Below, piece after piece: positions 1 to 13,070 of a stretch of 64,000 nucleotides of DNA (position 1 is the first letter of the stretch; each line of letters starts with the position of its first letter). The notes beneath the pieces were generated by a model. It saw nothing but the letters and a program-made list of their open reading frames with translations, did not search any database and had not been told where the DNA came from. The translations under genes and the position numbers were made by a program. Source of the stretch: Octopus vulgaris (taxonomy: Eukaryota); assembly GCA_951406725.2 (NCBI GenBank), contig OX597814.1, positions 142,228,001 through 142,292,000 of the forward strand, read 5' to 3'.

Positions 1-233
1 CTCTTTTTCTATCGGTCTTTTGCTGAACTGTTAAGCTATGGTAACGTAAACTGACTGACACCGGTTGTCAGTACAGACACATACACACACATGACGGGCA
101 TCGACACAATTTCAGCCTACCAAATTCATTCAAAGATAATACTCGGCCCGGAGTTATAGTAGGTGCTGCGCAGTGGAACTGAACCGAAACCATATGGTAC
201 GAAGCGAGTTTCTTAATCATACAGCTATACCTG
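1..233 (-). mobile_element. tRNA-derived SINE family A (CORE-like, Octopus type), diverged
   Basis: Diverged reverse-strand match to the fuller copies at 11679-12138 and 60732-61141. Confidence 0.8.
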
Positions 234-776
234 ATCGGTTTTACATTAATCAGTAACTGAGTTAAATGCTTCCGGGGGTTAGATAAATGAGAAATTGTTA
301 CATTCATAACTTGTTGACATTTTAACTGAAGATAGTTTCTAAATGGATATTAAAATCTTGTCACAGATTTCATTACATATGTCCTGGTAACATTCGTCGT
401 CAAGTCAATTAAAATTTGAGGAAACTGGTAAAATTCCAAACCACTTACATTATTGTCTATTTTCCGTCCGTTTAATGTCAATCATCGGTTTCTACATTCA
501 TTGACAATTAATGCTAAAATAGGAATCGGTATGCTGTTCTTTGAAACACTATCGCAGCACTATGAGTAATCTGATGGTTCGTTCATAAGCTAAGAAGCCA
601 TTAACGCATCTTTTGCAAGCATTATCTGGTCTTTTAGTTTATGTGGCGAAGCACAATAAAGGTAATGGAAGAAAGAAAGAGAGAAATATTTAATTGTACT
701 CATTTCACTCGTTACATTATATATACTGTTATTTTTCGTGAGGATAGCAGTATCAGATAATTTCGTTTATTCATTA

Positions 777-992
777 CGAGGAGTGCTGAAAGGTTCCTGG
801 CTCTGGGTAAAAGAAAATACAGGAGGATTAGTTAATTATGGTTTTATTCAACATATTCCCCTCTCGGATTCACACATTGAGAGGGGGATATTGTAGCAGT
901 CCTTCAGTTTTTTTCTAAGCCGTGTAGAAGAACTCGGAACGTTGGGTCTCCAGCCATGCCTTTCAAGCCAGGAACTTTTCAGCACCGCCTCG
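777..992. mobile_element. Mariner-type MITE
   Basis: TIRs CGAGGAGTGCTGAAAGGTTCCTGGCT / AGCCAGGAACTTTTCAGCACCGCCTCG, flanked by TA at 775-776 and 993-994. Confidence 0.85.
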
Positions 993-1350
993 TATATAAA
1001 GAACAAGCTTATCAACCATCTACAAATAATTGTTGTTCTTTCAGGCTAGCTCAGTCTGGTTTGGAGCTTGTCAAATATCTATCTCTGAAACGGCTATAGC
1101 CAATTAAAACATGTGGTCGATATTTCTTATCGAAGACATCCTAGCTTAAAATGAAATGATATGTTCTTCTATGATTTAAGAGTGAATCGGTTGTTATTCA
1201 AATGGTATTATGAGGATTGTTGAAGGGGATTTGTCAGCGACGTAAGGACTACAGTCTTGTTATTCGTATAACGAACCATTATTGCAGAATAGTTTCAAGA
1301 ACGACGTCTTCGTCATACACGTTTGGAGAGGTGATAGTCATACACACAAA

Positions 1351-1745
1351 GGCGGTGAGATGGCAGAATCGTTAGCACGCTGGACGAAATGCTTAGTGAT
1401 ATTTCGTCTGCCGCTACGTTCTGAGTTCAAATTCCGCCGAGGTCTACTTTGCCTTTCATCCTTTCGGGGTCGATTAAATAAGTACCAGTTACGCACTGGA
1501 GTCGATATAATCGACTTAATCCGTTTGTTTGTTCTTGTTTGTCCCCTCTGTGTTTAGCCCCTTGTGGGTAGTAAAGAAATAGGTATTTCGTCTGCCGTTA
1601 CGTTCTGAGTTCAAATTCCGCCGTGGTCGACTTTGCCTTTCATCCTTTCGGGGTCGAATAAATTAAGTACTAGTTGAACACTGGGGGTCGATGTAATCGA
1701 CTAACCCCCTCCCTCACAATTTCAGGCTTTGTGCCTATAGTAGAA
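1351..1745 (+). mobile_element. tRNA-derived SINE family B (Meta-domain-like), internally duplicated
   Basis: Head GGCGGTGAGATGGCAGAATCGTTAGC, B-box GAGTTCAAAT, central GCCTTTCATCCTTTCGGGGTCGAT core present twice; many copies in the window. Confidence 0.85.
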
Positions 1746-2039
1746 ATGATAGTCTTACACGCATACAAGTGCACGTGTGTGGGTGTGTGTGTGTGTGTAT
1801 GAGGGAGGTGGGGGTTAAGTAACTAACATAGTGCTTTTTTTCTCCCGTGAAACAGAGAATGTCCGGAGTTTGCGATCGGACTTGGGCAATACTTCTTGAG
1901 TTTGAGGAATTGCCGATATTTTAAAAGCGCACCCTACACCAGGTGTTTTTGCTTTCTAATAGCAAGAACCTCAATTAATTGCAGTTTGTCGAATTAAAAT
2001 ATCGATTAGAAATGTGCGATTCTATCACACCCACATATT

Positions 2040-2395
2040 TTGTCTCTTACTTGTTTCAGTCACTGGACTGCGGCCATACTGGGGCACCGCATTGAAGAGT
2101 TTTGGCCGGGCAATTCGACGCCAGTACATACTTTCTTAAAGTCTAGTACTTATTCTATCGATCTCTTTGTCGAACTGCTAAGTTATGGAAATATAAATAA
2201 ATCAATACTGGTTATCAAGGTGTTATGAGTGACAAACACAAATACGAATACACACACGCACACACACACACACACACACACACCAAATTCCTTCATAAGG
2301 CACTGATCGGCTCGAGCCTATATCAGAAGACACTTGCCCTAGGTACCGTGCAGTGGGACTGAACCCGAAACCATTGGTTATAAACAGAATTCCTA
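2040..2395 (-). mobile_element. SINE family A
   Basis: Reverse-strand match to family A head, internal (CA)n and tail. Confidence 0.8.
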
Positions 2396-3582
2396 GGCAC
2401 TTTCCCTTCTATCCTAGTTTTCCATCTATTGCTAAATATACTTAATTATGTATGACGAAGACGTCGTTACTTTCACCTGTTGGCTTTAAAGAAAAGATTC
2501 TTGATTGAAGCGACTTTGTTTCTTAAAATTTTGATTTGCTGATAATGTTAGAATAATATCCTTTGCTGGCAATGATGCATAAAAAAATCAGATCTTTTTT
2601 GTTCGGCTGCCACTTTTCGATTTCTTCAATTTTGTTCCAATTGATTTCAAATTTGGTGTAGTTTTGTATGCTCATTATTGACACGAAATTCCTTTTCGCC
2701 ATAAACCAATAAACAATCAGTTAATAGCGTTTAAAGTTTGCAAATTTAGGGTAATTTTTAGACAATTGAAAGTCACAAACATATTGGTGCCTGTTTCCAT
2801 AGCAACAAGCTAAACGTTGGAAAAGCGTTTCCGAAAAACCGCATGCGTTTAGGAAACGGATATTTTACTCATCTTTTTTCTGCTCTTAAAACCACAAAAT
2901 GTGATGTTTATTCTTTTCTTCGCTTTAAATGCATATTGAATGCGTAAAACTACAAAATACGTGTTGTTTACCGTTTTCTTGGCTAGTTTTCGCTTATTAA
3001 ATGCCTTAAAAAAAAACGTGTTATCGTGGCAATGTTGACATTATTATTTTGTCGTCTTACGATTGCAGTCACGCACAATATAACATCTTCCAAATCCTGT
3101 TTTCTGACTGGGTAAAAATGATCAAACTTTAAACCTCTGTAACTTTCTTCATAAAAATTTCTGGAACAAGTGAATTAGGCCCCGAGATTCAGCCTGGAAA
3201 ATTACTTCAATACATCAAATTTAGAAAAGTTTCACTTAATTTTAAAAAGTGCAGCCAAGCAGAAAGGATAAAAGAAAAATATCTTCAAAGGCACCTGGCA
3301 AGGTAAAACAAGAAATGAGGAAATTCTTCAGCAAAGCTAATCTTAGTCACCACAAACACCATACCACTGCATAGGTTTATCCTTGACAAACCATATTTTG
3401 TGCTCTGCCAGCCATTCGGCATGCAAACGGCTGCAATAAACATGGACACGAGAAAGAGTAAAACAAAACAAAAATATTTTCGGTTTGACACATTTCTTCT
3501 GGTTTTATTGAAAATTTACTCAATGATATGTTTTTTCACGTTATTTGCGAAACTCATAACCGTTTTTTTTTTTTTTGAGAAA

Positions 3583-3882
3583 TCTTTATATATAAAAGTG
3601 AAGTTGTGTGTCTGTCTCCTACGATTTAGATTCCTAACTACTCTACGATTTTAAAAAAATTTACCATAATTTTTTTCCATTTTAATGCATTTTTTCGCTA
3701 TTATATAAGGGAAGTAACTCTCTAAAAATGTCTACGCTGAGTCAACGATTTAAAAAAAAATTTACCATATTTTTTTTTCCATTTCTAATGCATTTTTTGC
3801 TATATTTTGGCTACAACTCTCTAAAAATGCTTATATAGTTATTTCCCTTACAAACCCGAGCAACGCCGGGCGATACTGCTAG
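3583..3882 (+). mobile_element. Non-autonomous Helitron
   Basis: 5' TC start, subterminal hairpin CCCGAGCAACGCCGGG, 3' CTAG, inserted between A and T with no TSD. Confidence 0.85.
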
Positions 3883-4006
3883 TTAACGATAAAAATATTA
3901 ACCTTTAAATATTAAACTGTTTTGTAATTCTGACTAATCAGATTCATTCAGTTTTGACATGAGGTCGCAAATTTTGTTTTTGATTTCGGAAGCACGATAT
4001 TATTAA

Positions 4007-4680
4007 GGCAACGAGCAGGTAGAATTGTCTGTGCGTCGGATAGAATACTTAGCGACATTTCTTCTGGCTCTGAGTTCAAGTTCCGCTGAGCTCGACTTTG
4101 TTTTTCATCCTTTTGGGGTTGATAAAAATAACTATCGATTGAGCACTGGGGTCGATATAATCGACTAGCTTTCTTCCCAAGAATTTCTGGCCTCATATCT
4201 ATAGTAGAAAATTATAAGGCAGCGTACTGGTTCATTAACCCGTCGGACAAAATGGTTAGCGGCATTTATTCCAGCTCTTTAGTTCTGTGTTCAAATCCCT
4301 CCGAAGTCAATTTTGCCTTTCATCTATTCGGTGTCGATAAAACAGAGTATCAAATCAATACAAGAATGGATGTAATCAACAACCCCTTCCTGTAAAATTG
4401 TTGGCCTTGAACCCAAATTAGAAATATTATTATTATTATTGTTGTCGTTAATAATAATAATTATTATTATTTAGGCGGCAAGCTGGCAGAATCGTTAGAA
4501 CGCCAGGTAAAATGATAAACGGTATTTTGCCTGTCGCTACGTTCTAAGTTCAAATTCCGCCGAGGTCGATTTTGCCTTTCATCCTTTCGGGGTCAGTTAA
4601 GTAAGTACCAGTTACGCACAGGAGTCGATATAATCGACTCAACCCCCTCCCCAAGCTGCCCTTGTGGCAAAAATTTGAAA
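4007..4680 (+). mobile_element. Cluster of three family B SINEs
   Basis: Three successive head plus core matches starting near 4007, 4217 and 4474. Confidence 0.75.
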
Positions 4681-4970
4681 CCATTATCATTGATATTATT
4701 GATAAATTAAACAAGGCGGCGAGCTGGCAGACCTTGTGCCAAAATTAGAAAGTATTATTATTATTGTTGTTGATAAAATAATCATAAAAACGTAACAAAA
4801 TCTTTAAAAATGAAAAATATTTAACGAAAGAATAAGTAACAAAACAACGTCTGCAACGAAATTTTGCGATGCACTACAAACCCTAACACGATGTAGGTTT
4901 CAATTGATTGCTATAGGACCATATACAAATAAAATCATCTGCCCCATGAGGTGTTGAGAATGAATGAGCC

Positions 4971-5595
4971 TACATTATTTACATTCGACGGATATTTGTT
5001 CTCATCTTGTTTGTTGTTAAAACAACGTTTCGGCTGATATACCCTCCAGCCTTCTTCAGGTGTCTTGGGGAAATTTCCAACCTAAGATATTTTTCGATGC
5101 TATTATTATTATTGTTGTTCAGGTCACTGCTTGGAATCAAGATCGGATCTTGGTGTTAGTAGCCCGCGCTCTTAACCACTACGCCATATGCTCGTGGGCA
5201 ATTATGAAGTAAATTTTAGGGGTTATATCTCTTATCCTTCCTTAATACCGGTTCCCATATGCTGCTCATATCTGCACTCTGTCTGCTTAGGAGGTTGTTA
5301 TGTCCTAGCATATGTGCTGCTTCTTTTAGTTTTCGTATTTTCAAGTGGTGTTCTCTGTCTATTATTTTAACTTCATCGCACAGAGTGAGGTGGTCTCCAT
5401 TTTTCCACGCATAATCAGCTATACCCGATTTATCAATATCTCCTCGTGTCAGAGCTTTGCGATGTTCGTCTACTCTTATTTTGATGGGGTGGGGCATGTT
5501 TCGCCTTTGTATAACCTATCACAGCTCCATGGGATGGAGTATATGCAGTCTTTGGTCACATTCTCTTCTATAAGTGGTTTTACTCGAAGGAGAAC

Positions 5596-5626
<31 letters not shown>

Positions 5627-5802
5627 GCATCGAAAAATACCTTGGGAATGAGAACCCAGGTTCGAAATTTCCATAAGATACATGAAGAAGGCTGGAAGGT
5701 ATATCAGCCGAAACGTTGTGTTAACAACAAACAAGATGAGGACAAATATCCATCGAATGCAAATAATGTACGTAATTCCTCATCTCTTAAATATAGAACT
5801 GG
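4971..5802 (-). mobile_element. Penelope-like element remnant: GIY-YIG endonuclease between inverted pseudo-LTRs
   Basis: Minus-strand translation KDCIYSIP..RLYKGETC / KIRVDEHRKA..SGIADYAW..RKLKEA (5216-5610, frameshifted); 4971-5112 and 5617-5770 are inverted copies of each other. Confidence 0.85.
5018..5065 (-). ncRNA. Minimal type I hammerhead ribozyme motif in a Penelope pLTR
   Basis: GACAC CUGAAGA A GGCUG..CAGCC GAAAC GUU. Stem III is the palindrome AACGUU (dimer-type); stem I has one mismatch in this copy. Confidence 0.65.
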
Positions 5803-6004
5803 ATGAATGAGTCTGTTTAGCATCATAAATGATAAAACAAAATTCAATCTTTACAGGTTAGTGACATTTTTATTAATAATTTCTCCAGAAAAAAAATCGT
5901 TTGTTGTAATTTTTCTGCTTAAAATGAAACATGAGATCTGTGTAAAAATTTGCAATAAAAGCGGAAGAAATGCGTCGAAGCCAAAAAATCCATCAGACCT
6001 TAAA

Positions 6005-6113
6005 TGTACGTAGAAGTTTGACAAGAGCGGAAAGAACTGCACCAGATCGATCAAGCTGGAGGAAGCTTGAAGCCTTATGCGTCTCACAACGGTAGGGGAT
6101 CTAAGCCTAAGCC
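6005..6113 (+). mobile_element. RTE LINE 3' end remnant
   Basis: Translates as ERTAPDRSSWRKLEALCVSQR, resembling the A.DR..WR..V.ALC C-terminus of RTE ORFs, followed by a short tandem tail. Confidence 0.55.
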
Positions 6114-6313
6114 TCTGTGCGCATGCGTGTGTGTGTGTAAATATATCATTTTGCTGCAATATTTTTACATATTCTCTTCTAGTTGCTTTTTGATATACTT
6201 TATCAATGTCTACTGTCTCCTCAGTATATTTACTCAATGCATGTTTTATTTTTTGATCTGTAGCTGGGTTACGTATGATATGTTGATTGTTATAGGTTGT
6301 CATAAAGTATATA

Positions 6314-6608
6314 GGCACGTAGCCAAGTGGTTAAGGCTATTCAGCTCACGATCTTAAGCTCGCGAGTTCGATAACCGACAGTGCATTATGTCCTTGAGCA
6401 AGACGCTTTATTTCACGTTGCTCGAGTTCACCCAGCTGACAAAAATGAGTTGTACCTGTATTTCAAAGGGCCAGACTTGTCACATTCTGTGTCATGTTGA
6501 CGTTCTCTGAGAACTACGTTAAGGCTACATGTGTCCATGGAGTGCTCAGCCATTTGCACGTTAATCTTACGATCGGATCAACTGGAACCCCCGTTGTCGT
6601 AACCGACA
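6314..6608 (+). mobile_element. tRNA-derived SINE family C, diverged
   Basis: A/B boxes and a 3' body matching 11142-11523 and 16993-17373. Confidence 0.75.
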
Positions 6609-6729
6609 TGGGAAGATAGCGGAGGTGCTTCAGGCTTTCTGATTTAATTTTTTTAAAAATAAATTTGATGTAGGTTGTCGCCCGAAAACCTCACAACAAT
6701 ACTAAAATGCACATACCGTTTGTTCCAGG

Positions 6730-6787
<58 letters not shown>

Positions 6788-7063
6788 TCAATATAAGGGT
6801 AGCAAAAAAATTCAAGAAAAATTTTCCGCAACCAGCGGTCAAGTGAGAAAGTAGAAATAGTCACAGACTATATAATATATTCAACAATAGTATTAAGGAA
6901 TGACGCTGACAGGCCGTCGAAACTATGCATAGTCCAAAGTTGAAGGGGATAAATGTTTTTATTTCTCCTTTAGTTTCAGAATTACTACTATTTTGCGGTT
7001 TGAGTTTAGCTGCTCTTTCAAGTGAGTTGAACGGCCTGTCAGGGTCATTCCTTAATACTATTG

Positions 7064-7124
<61 letters not shown>

Positions 7125-7483
7125 GCATTGGCATTTTGAGTTCCGAAAAAGAAAAGTATCAAGATGAAAAACGAGTTGATAATTTTGCGCATACAAAAAG
7201 ATGTATTCTTTAAAAAAAAAAGTTTCGAGGAAATGGAGTCTCGGATGAGGAGCGCTAAATTGTAATTATGCTATCAAAAATTAATTAAAACGGATGGCGA
7301 TGAGTGCAACGCTTTCTTAAAAATACGGCCATTTAGAACATTATGAAACAGCGGCCAGACCCCCGACTTAAACAGGAAATTAAAAACTATATATAATTGC
7401 CTTTCATTAACATAATCGTGATCCTAAAAGGGACTTTTGAGTTAGACCCATTTGTTCCGATTTTATTGAAAATTTCTTAGCCT

Positions 7484-7626
7484 CAGCGTAGCTTCCCAAC
7501 CATATGATTCCGGGTTCAGTCCCATTGCATGGCACCTTGGCAAGTATTTTCTACTATAGCCTCGGGCCGACCAAAGCCTTGCAAATAGATTTGGTAGACG
7601 GAAACTGAAAAAGAAGTCCGTCGTGA

Positions 7627-7685
<59 letters not shown>

Positions 7686-8010
7686 CATCAGACCAGATTG
7701 GAGCCTGGTGCAGCCTACTGGCTTGCCAGTCCTCAATCAAAACGTCCAATCCATGCCAGCATGGAAAACGGACGTTAAACGATGATGATGAAGAGGATGA
7801 TATATATCTGTCTGTCTGTCTGACTCTCTCCCACCATCGCTTGACAACCGATGTTGGTGTGTTTACGTCCCCGTAACTTAACGGTTCGGCAAAAGTGACC
7901 GATAGAATAATACTAGGCTTACAAAGAATAAAAGTCTTGGGGCCGATTTGTTCTACTAAAGGCGATGCTCCAGCATGGCTGCAGTCACCTGAAATAAGTA
8001 AAAGAGTAAA
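7484..8010 (+). mobile_element. SINE family A with an RTE 3' tail (about 7690-7800) inside its microsatellite
   Basis: Family A head and tail are separated by CCATGCCAGCATGGAAAACGGACGTTAAACGATGATGATG, which matches the RTE tail near 54050-54100. Confidence 0.8.
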
Positions 8011-8681
8011 AGAATTAGGAATAGGCGTGGCTGTGTGGTAAGAAGTTTGCTTCCAACCACATGGTTCTGGGTTCAGATTGTGATTTTCGGAACTAAAGTG
8101 AAAAATTACATCTGTGCAGAAATCTTTAAATAAAATCGGAACAAGAGCATCAAACCTAAACCCTGAACCAAAAAACTCCCTCGATTTTTGGTTTCTTATC
8201 AAAAGTGTAGCTAGGGGCGGCGAAAGAGTTGTCCGCCCGGGCGATGTTTTTATTGGGGCGCAGCATTTTTGGGTCTGCTGTACAAGACTGCTAGGGCTGG
8301 AGGACTCAAGAGCAACCCCGTGCGGCACACACCCTTGCTGCATTACTGTTCCTCGAAGCATTTTGATAATGACAAGTTTTGTATGCACAAAGGAGTAAGT
8401 TGCGGAATATTTTCTGTTTTGAAGTTTAAACACTAGGATCTCCGAATTTTTAGTATTTTGCTTTTGTTTGTATTGTTCATTTCGACGTTCTCTTTGATTT
8501 CTGCAGAGGTATCGTTGGCACAAAGAATAAAATTAAATATAAATGAGATGATTAAAAGTCGTAATGCAATGTCGTTGTTCTTGTGTTTCCTGATGGCTTG
8601 GACGGGGCAAATAAAATGAAGTGAACAAAGTGTTGTTAAATGAACTGCAAACTCAAAAATAAATCATGTTTAGTGATTTAC

Positions 8682-8690
8682 CTCGTCAGC
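8682..8690 (-). CDS. Candidate 9-nt microexon GCTGACGAG (Ala-Asp-Glu if phase 0)
   Basis: Minus strand ttttcgtTGCcatAG|GCTGACGAG|GTAAAT: pyrimidine tract, AG, strong donor, frame-preserving length, inside a repeat-free island. Confidence 0.45.
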
Positions 8691-10327
8691 CTATGGCAAC
8701 GAAAATATCACTGAAGATTGTTTAATTCTTGCAAAAATAAAGGCGAAACAAGGGCGCTGAGTGTTAAATGTAGTGTTGATGCGGAATGAAAAAGAAAAAA
8801 ATAAGTGCAAGAGAGATTAAAAGAAGACGTGACATTTTGAACAAATAAGAAGAATAAGAAATTCAAATATTTGTTTTAAACGCTTGCTTGCTATTTGTCG
8901 TTTTATAGTTTAAGTAGTAAGCAGTTCACAACAGCAGACATTGAACATTTTTTTAAAGATTCTTCTACAACGAAAAATTGAAAGAAAGATAGGAACAAGG
9001 CAGAGAATGAAAAAGGAGTAGCATCAATGAGTGTAGATGGCAGAGGAGGGCAAGAATTACAGTGAAAGTGAAAGGGGTCGACAAATTTTTAGGCTTTTGA
9101 AAATTATTTTCGGCTTTTTTTTCACAAGGAACAACAACATCCAACCTACCAAACTACCTTCTCCCTCTCTCTTTCTCTATTTGCTTTCTATATCGTCTGT
9201 TATCGTTATTTTGTAGATTGACTTCTGTCGCACCATAAACATTCCAAACTTTGTGCTAATGATGGAATAAAGAATATAAAATAGAGTGTAATGGCGGTAC
9301 ACTTAAAACCCATCCTTCACACGCTCTCTCCTTCGCCCTCCCGCCTTTACTATATCTACATGCTTCATCTGTATATAATTTTACTGTCTCTTTTGGATTT
9401 TTGGTTTTCTTTACAGTAGCACGATGATATTTCATTCACAGATTCTGTGAAGTTAGAAGTAGTAGACGTAGTGTGTATATATATATATATATATATGTGT
9501 GTACACACACACAGACAAACATGTATATATTTCACAAATACAAAGACTATAATAAACACAGAATCATGTACACATACATATTTACAATGTCTTTTCTTTG
9601 ACTATTTCACGAAATGCCGGCGTCCCCCCCCCCCCCGCTTTCTCTCGCTGCTACTCATCTGTTGAACTATAATTACATCCCATCCATCCTTCTTCCTCTC
9701 TATACTTTATCTTTATAAACTTTGTTGAACGTTTATTATATTAGATCTGTATGTCACAGTGACTGTTTGTGTGTGAGTGTGTGTTCTAGTAATTATATTT
9801 GTGTTAATGCGTCAATATATGTATATATGTGTGTAGGATTTATATGTGAATGGAAGAATGTGTTTAAATGAATGTGACGCTATGTGAAAGAATCTTTCTG
9901 TGTTTGTGTGAATGAGTGCATGTGCGTGCGTGTGTACGCACGCGCGAATCGTTGTCATTATTATTTTTTTTTTTTTTTCCCAAAAAAAATTTTGCTCCCG
10001 AGTGCTCGTGTACGTGCAAGTTGTCTAGGTAGACACACGCTTTTGTGCATATTACATCGTGTTTCGAGAAAACAAAGGAGCGTCTGCATGATGGAGAAAC
10101 CTGCTAGAGACAGCAAACAACTCTCCCTCAAGCCACACCCCTTCTTCTAAAAAAGAAAAGAAAAGAAAAGAAAAGAAAAGGGCACATTAGTAAAATATAC
10201 TTTGTGTTTGAAAAAGACAAATTAATCGTAGCTGATAAGGTTCCTCCTCCCACCAACCAGCCAGGGTTGATCTGGACCTGTTTATACATATACGTTTCAG
10301 CCCCAAAACTGTTGCCATGCTGGAGCA

Positions 10328-10530
<203 letters not shown>

Positions 10531-11141
10531 AGATAGATAGGTAGGTGAATGTGGGGGGGGTGTTATTAACGCGGCGAGCTAGCAGAAGCGTTAGCACGCC
10601 GGACAAAATGTTTAGTGACATTTCGTCTGTCTTCAAGTTCTGGGATCAAATTCCACCGAGTTCGACTTTGTTTTTCATCTTTTCGGGGTCGATAAAATTA
10701 GTACCAGTTGAGCACTGTGTCTTGTGCCTATAGTAAAAAAAAGATTATTATTATCATGAAGGCAATGTGCTCAAAAGAGAGACAACACATGCGGGGGAGC
10801 AGTTTTAACAAATGTGTTAGCTTAATACTAAAAGCGAAGAGAAATAGTCCCCAGTTTTTCACACTTGATTATCAACGATCGAAAGACTGCTGAGTTGTTG
10901 AAACGCAATGTGGTTGAATGAAATGGTTGAAATAACCAAACGAAGAGCACGTTTGGTATAATGCGGTCTTTAAACACGGAGTAGGATAACAAAACGTGAC
11001 GATTAAACGGCAACGTTTTAGATCATATGTCACCGAGATAGATGCTAACATGCGACTAAACAACAACAACGACCCACAAAAACCAAGCCTCATTTAGAAA
11101 CTATTCACGATAATGGTGATGTGTTGGTGTTGTTTAACACA

Positions 11142-11523
11142 TGGAAGCACTCCGTCGGTTACGACGATGAGGGTTCCGGTTGATCCGAATCAACGGAACA
11201 GCCTGCTCGTGAAATTAACGTGTAAGTGGCTGAGCACTCCACAGACACGTGTACCCTTAACGTAGTTCTCGAGGAGATTCAGCATGACACAGAGAGTGAC
11301 AAGGCCGGCCCTTTGAAATACAGGTACAACAGAAACAGGAAGTAAGAGTGAGAGAAAGTTGTGGTGAAAGAGCACAGCAGGGATCACCACCATCCCTGCC
11401 GGGGCCTCGTGGAGCTTTAGGTGTTTTCGCTCAATAAACACTCACAACCCGGTCTGGGAATCGAAACCGCGATCCTACGACCGCGAGTCCGCTGCCCTAA
11501 CCACTGGGCCATTGCGCCTCCAC
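11142..11523 (-). mobile_element. SINE family C, full length with TSD
   Basis: tRNA-like head GGAGGCGCAATGGCCCAGTGGTTAGGG..GGTTTCGATTCC; TSD TGTTTAACACA at 11131-11141 and 11524-11534. Confidence 0.9.
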
Positions 11524-11678
11524 TGTTTAACACAAGTTCAGCCCTGATTATGGTCAGATCTGTAACGAAACGTATTTCAGCCGTGATCTTCTTTGAGACC
11601 AGTTTTCAAAGATGCATCCGAGATCAGATCATCCATTTCTATTATTGCTTTTTTTTTTTCTTCTTTTTCCTTAGTATA

Positions 11679-11881
11679 GGCGCAGGAGTGGCTGTGTGGT
11701 AAGTAGCTTGCTTACGAGCCAGCCACATGGTTCCGGGTTCAGTCCCACTGCGTGGCACCTTGGGTAAGTGTCTTCTACTATAGCCTCGGTCCGACCAAAG
11801 CCTTGTGAGTGGATTTGGTAGACGGAAACTGAGAGAAGCCCGTCGTATATATATATATATATAACGGGCTTCTTTCAGTTT

Positions 11882-11923
<42 letters not shown>

Positions 11924-12138
11924 CGTGTTTGTGTGTCTGTGTTTGCCCCCCCCCCCCAACAGTGCTTGACAACCGATGCTGGTGTGTTTACGTCCCCGTA
12001 ACTTAGCGGTTCGGCAAAAGAGAGTCCGATAGAATAAGTACTAGGCTTACAACGAATAAGTCCCGGGGTCGATTTGCTCGACTAAAGGCGGTGCTCCAGC
12101 ATGGCCGCAGTCAAATGACTGAAACAAGTAAAGAGAGT
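11679..12138 (+). mobile_element. SINE family A, full length
   Basis: Head GGCGCAGGAGTGGCTGTGTGGTAAG, B-box GGTTCAGTCCC, CORE-like ACCTTGGGTAAGT, internal TA/TG microsatellite, tail ..GACTGAAACAAGTAAAAGAG. Confidence 0.9.
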
Positions 12139-13070
12139 GTCTTTTATCTTTTATCGTTTTCTTCTTTCAGTTATTGGACTGCGACCATGCTGAGGCATCG
12201 CCTTGAAGAGCTTTAGTCGAACAGATGAACTCCATTTGTTAATTAAAGTGGGATGCTTATTCTGTCGGTCTCTTACCGAAGCGCTGGGTTTGTGGAACGA
12301 AAGCAAACCAACACCGGTTGTTATGCTATAGGAGGAAAGCATACAACTACAAAGACACACACACACGATCAAACAGGTCGAGCAACTATACGGAGACTTC
12401 ATTTTTGACTTGAGTAACAAACATTTCTTTTTTTTTTTTTCGTGTTGATAAGAAATCGTTATCAACAATATAAAAATCAATACAATTTGTTTATTCATTT
12501 AGTTATTTCAGCAAATATGGCTGGGCTGCATGGTTAAGAAGCTCGCTCTACGACCCGGTGTTGTCGGATTCAGTCCTGCTACACAGCACTACTATAGGCC
12601 CTGGCCGACCAATGAATGCTTTGTAAATAAATATGGCAAACGGAAACTGTGAAGAAGCCCGTTGGATGTGTGTGTGTGTGTGTGTGTGTATTTCAGTACT
12701 AGAGTCAATTTGTTCGGTTGAACCCGTCAAAGCGTTGCCCTAGCACAGCTGTATTTCAATGACTGAAACAAGTAAACAGTAAAAGATTTTAAATACTTTG
12801 TTTAAGGAGTCGTAGTTATACCGTAGCCTATTTCCAGCAGAAACTTGAATTTCAACGGGCAGATAACCCTGTGATACCCACCTCCTCTCCAAGCTGGTTG
12901 TTGATCTTGTTGTGACAGTCTTTAGCAGGTTTCATGTTTACTAAAAGATCTAAGAAATACTGTTTGTAATGAACTTTGTTGCCTAGTGAGGTTGTTATTT
13001 AGCTGAAGGCACGTTGACCTGTGATTAAAAGTGTGCCAGGCGTGGTGTATTGAAGACTGTGCGTTGTATG

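Noticed and set aside
2793-2806. RFX X-box GTTTCCATAGCAAC
   Set aside because: It lies in what looks like a decayed DNA-transposon interior, with no promoter context.
8395-8506. Plus-strand GTAAGT..CTGCAG mini-intron
   Set aside because: The spliced product is only a short uninformative peptide, with no other support.
7516-8523. 335-aa minus-strand ORF
   Set aside because: It runs through SINEs, an RTE tail, a microsatellite and a DNA-element fragment, with no protein motif.
11450-11523. tRNA gene
   Set aside because: It is a SINE head: the acceptor stem is incomplete and it continues into a TSD-flanked SINE body.
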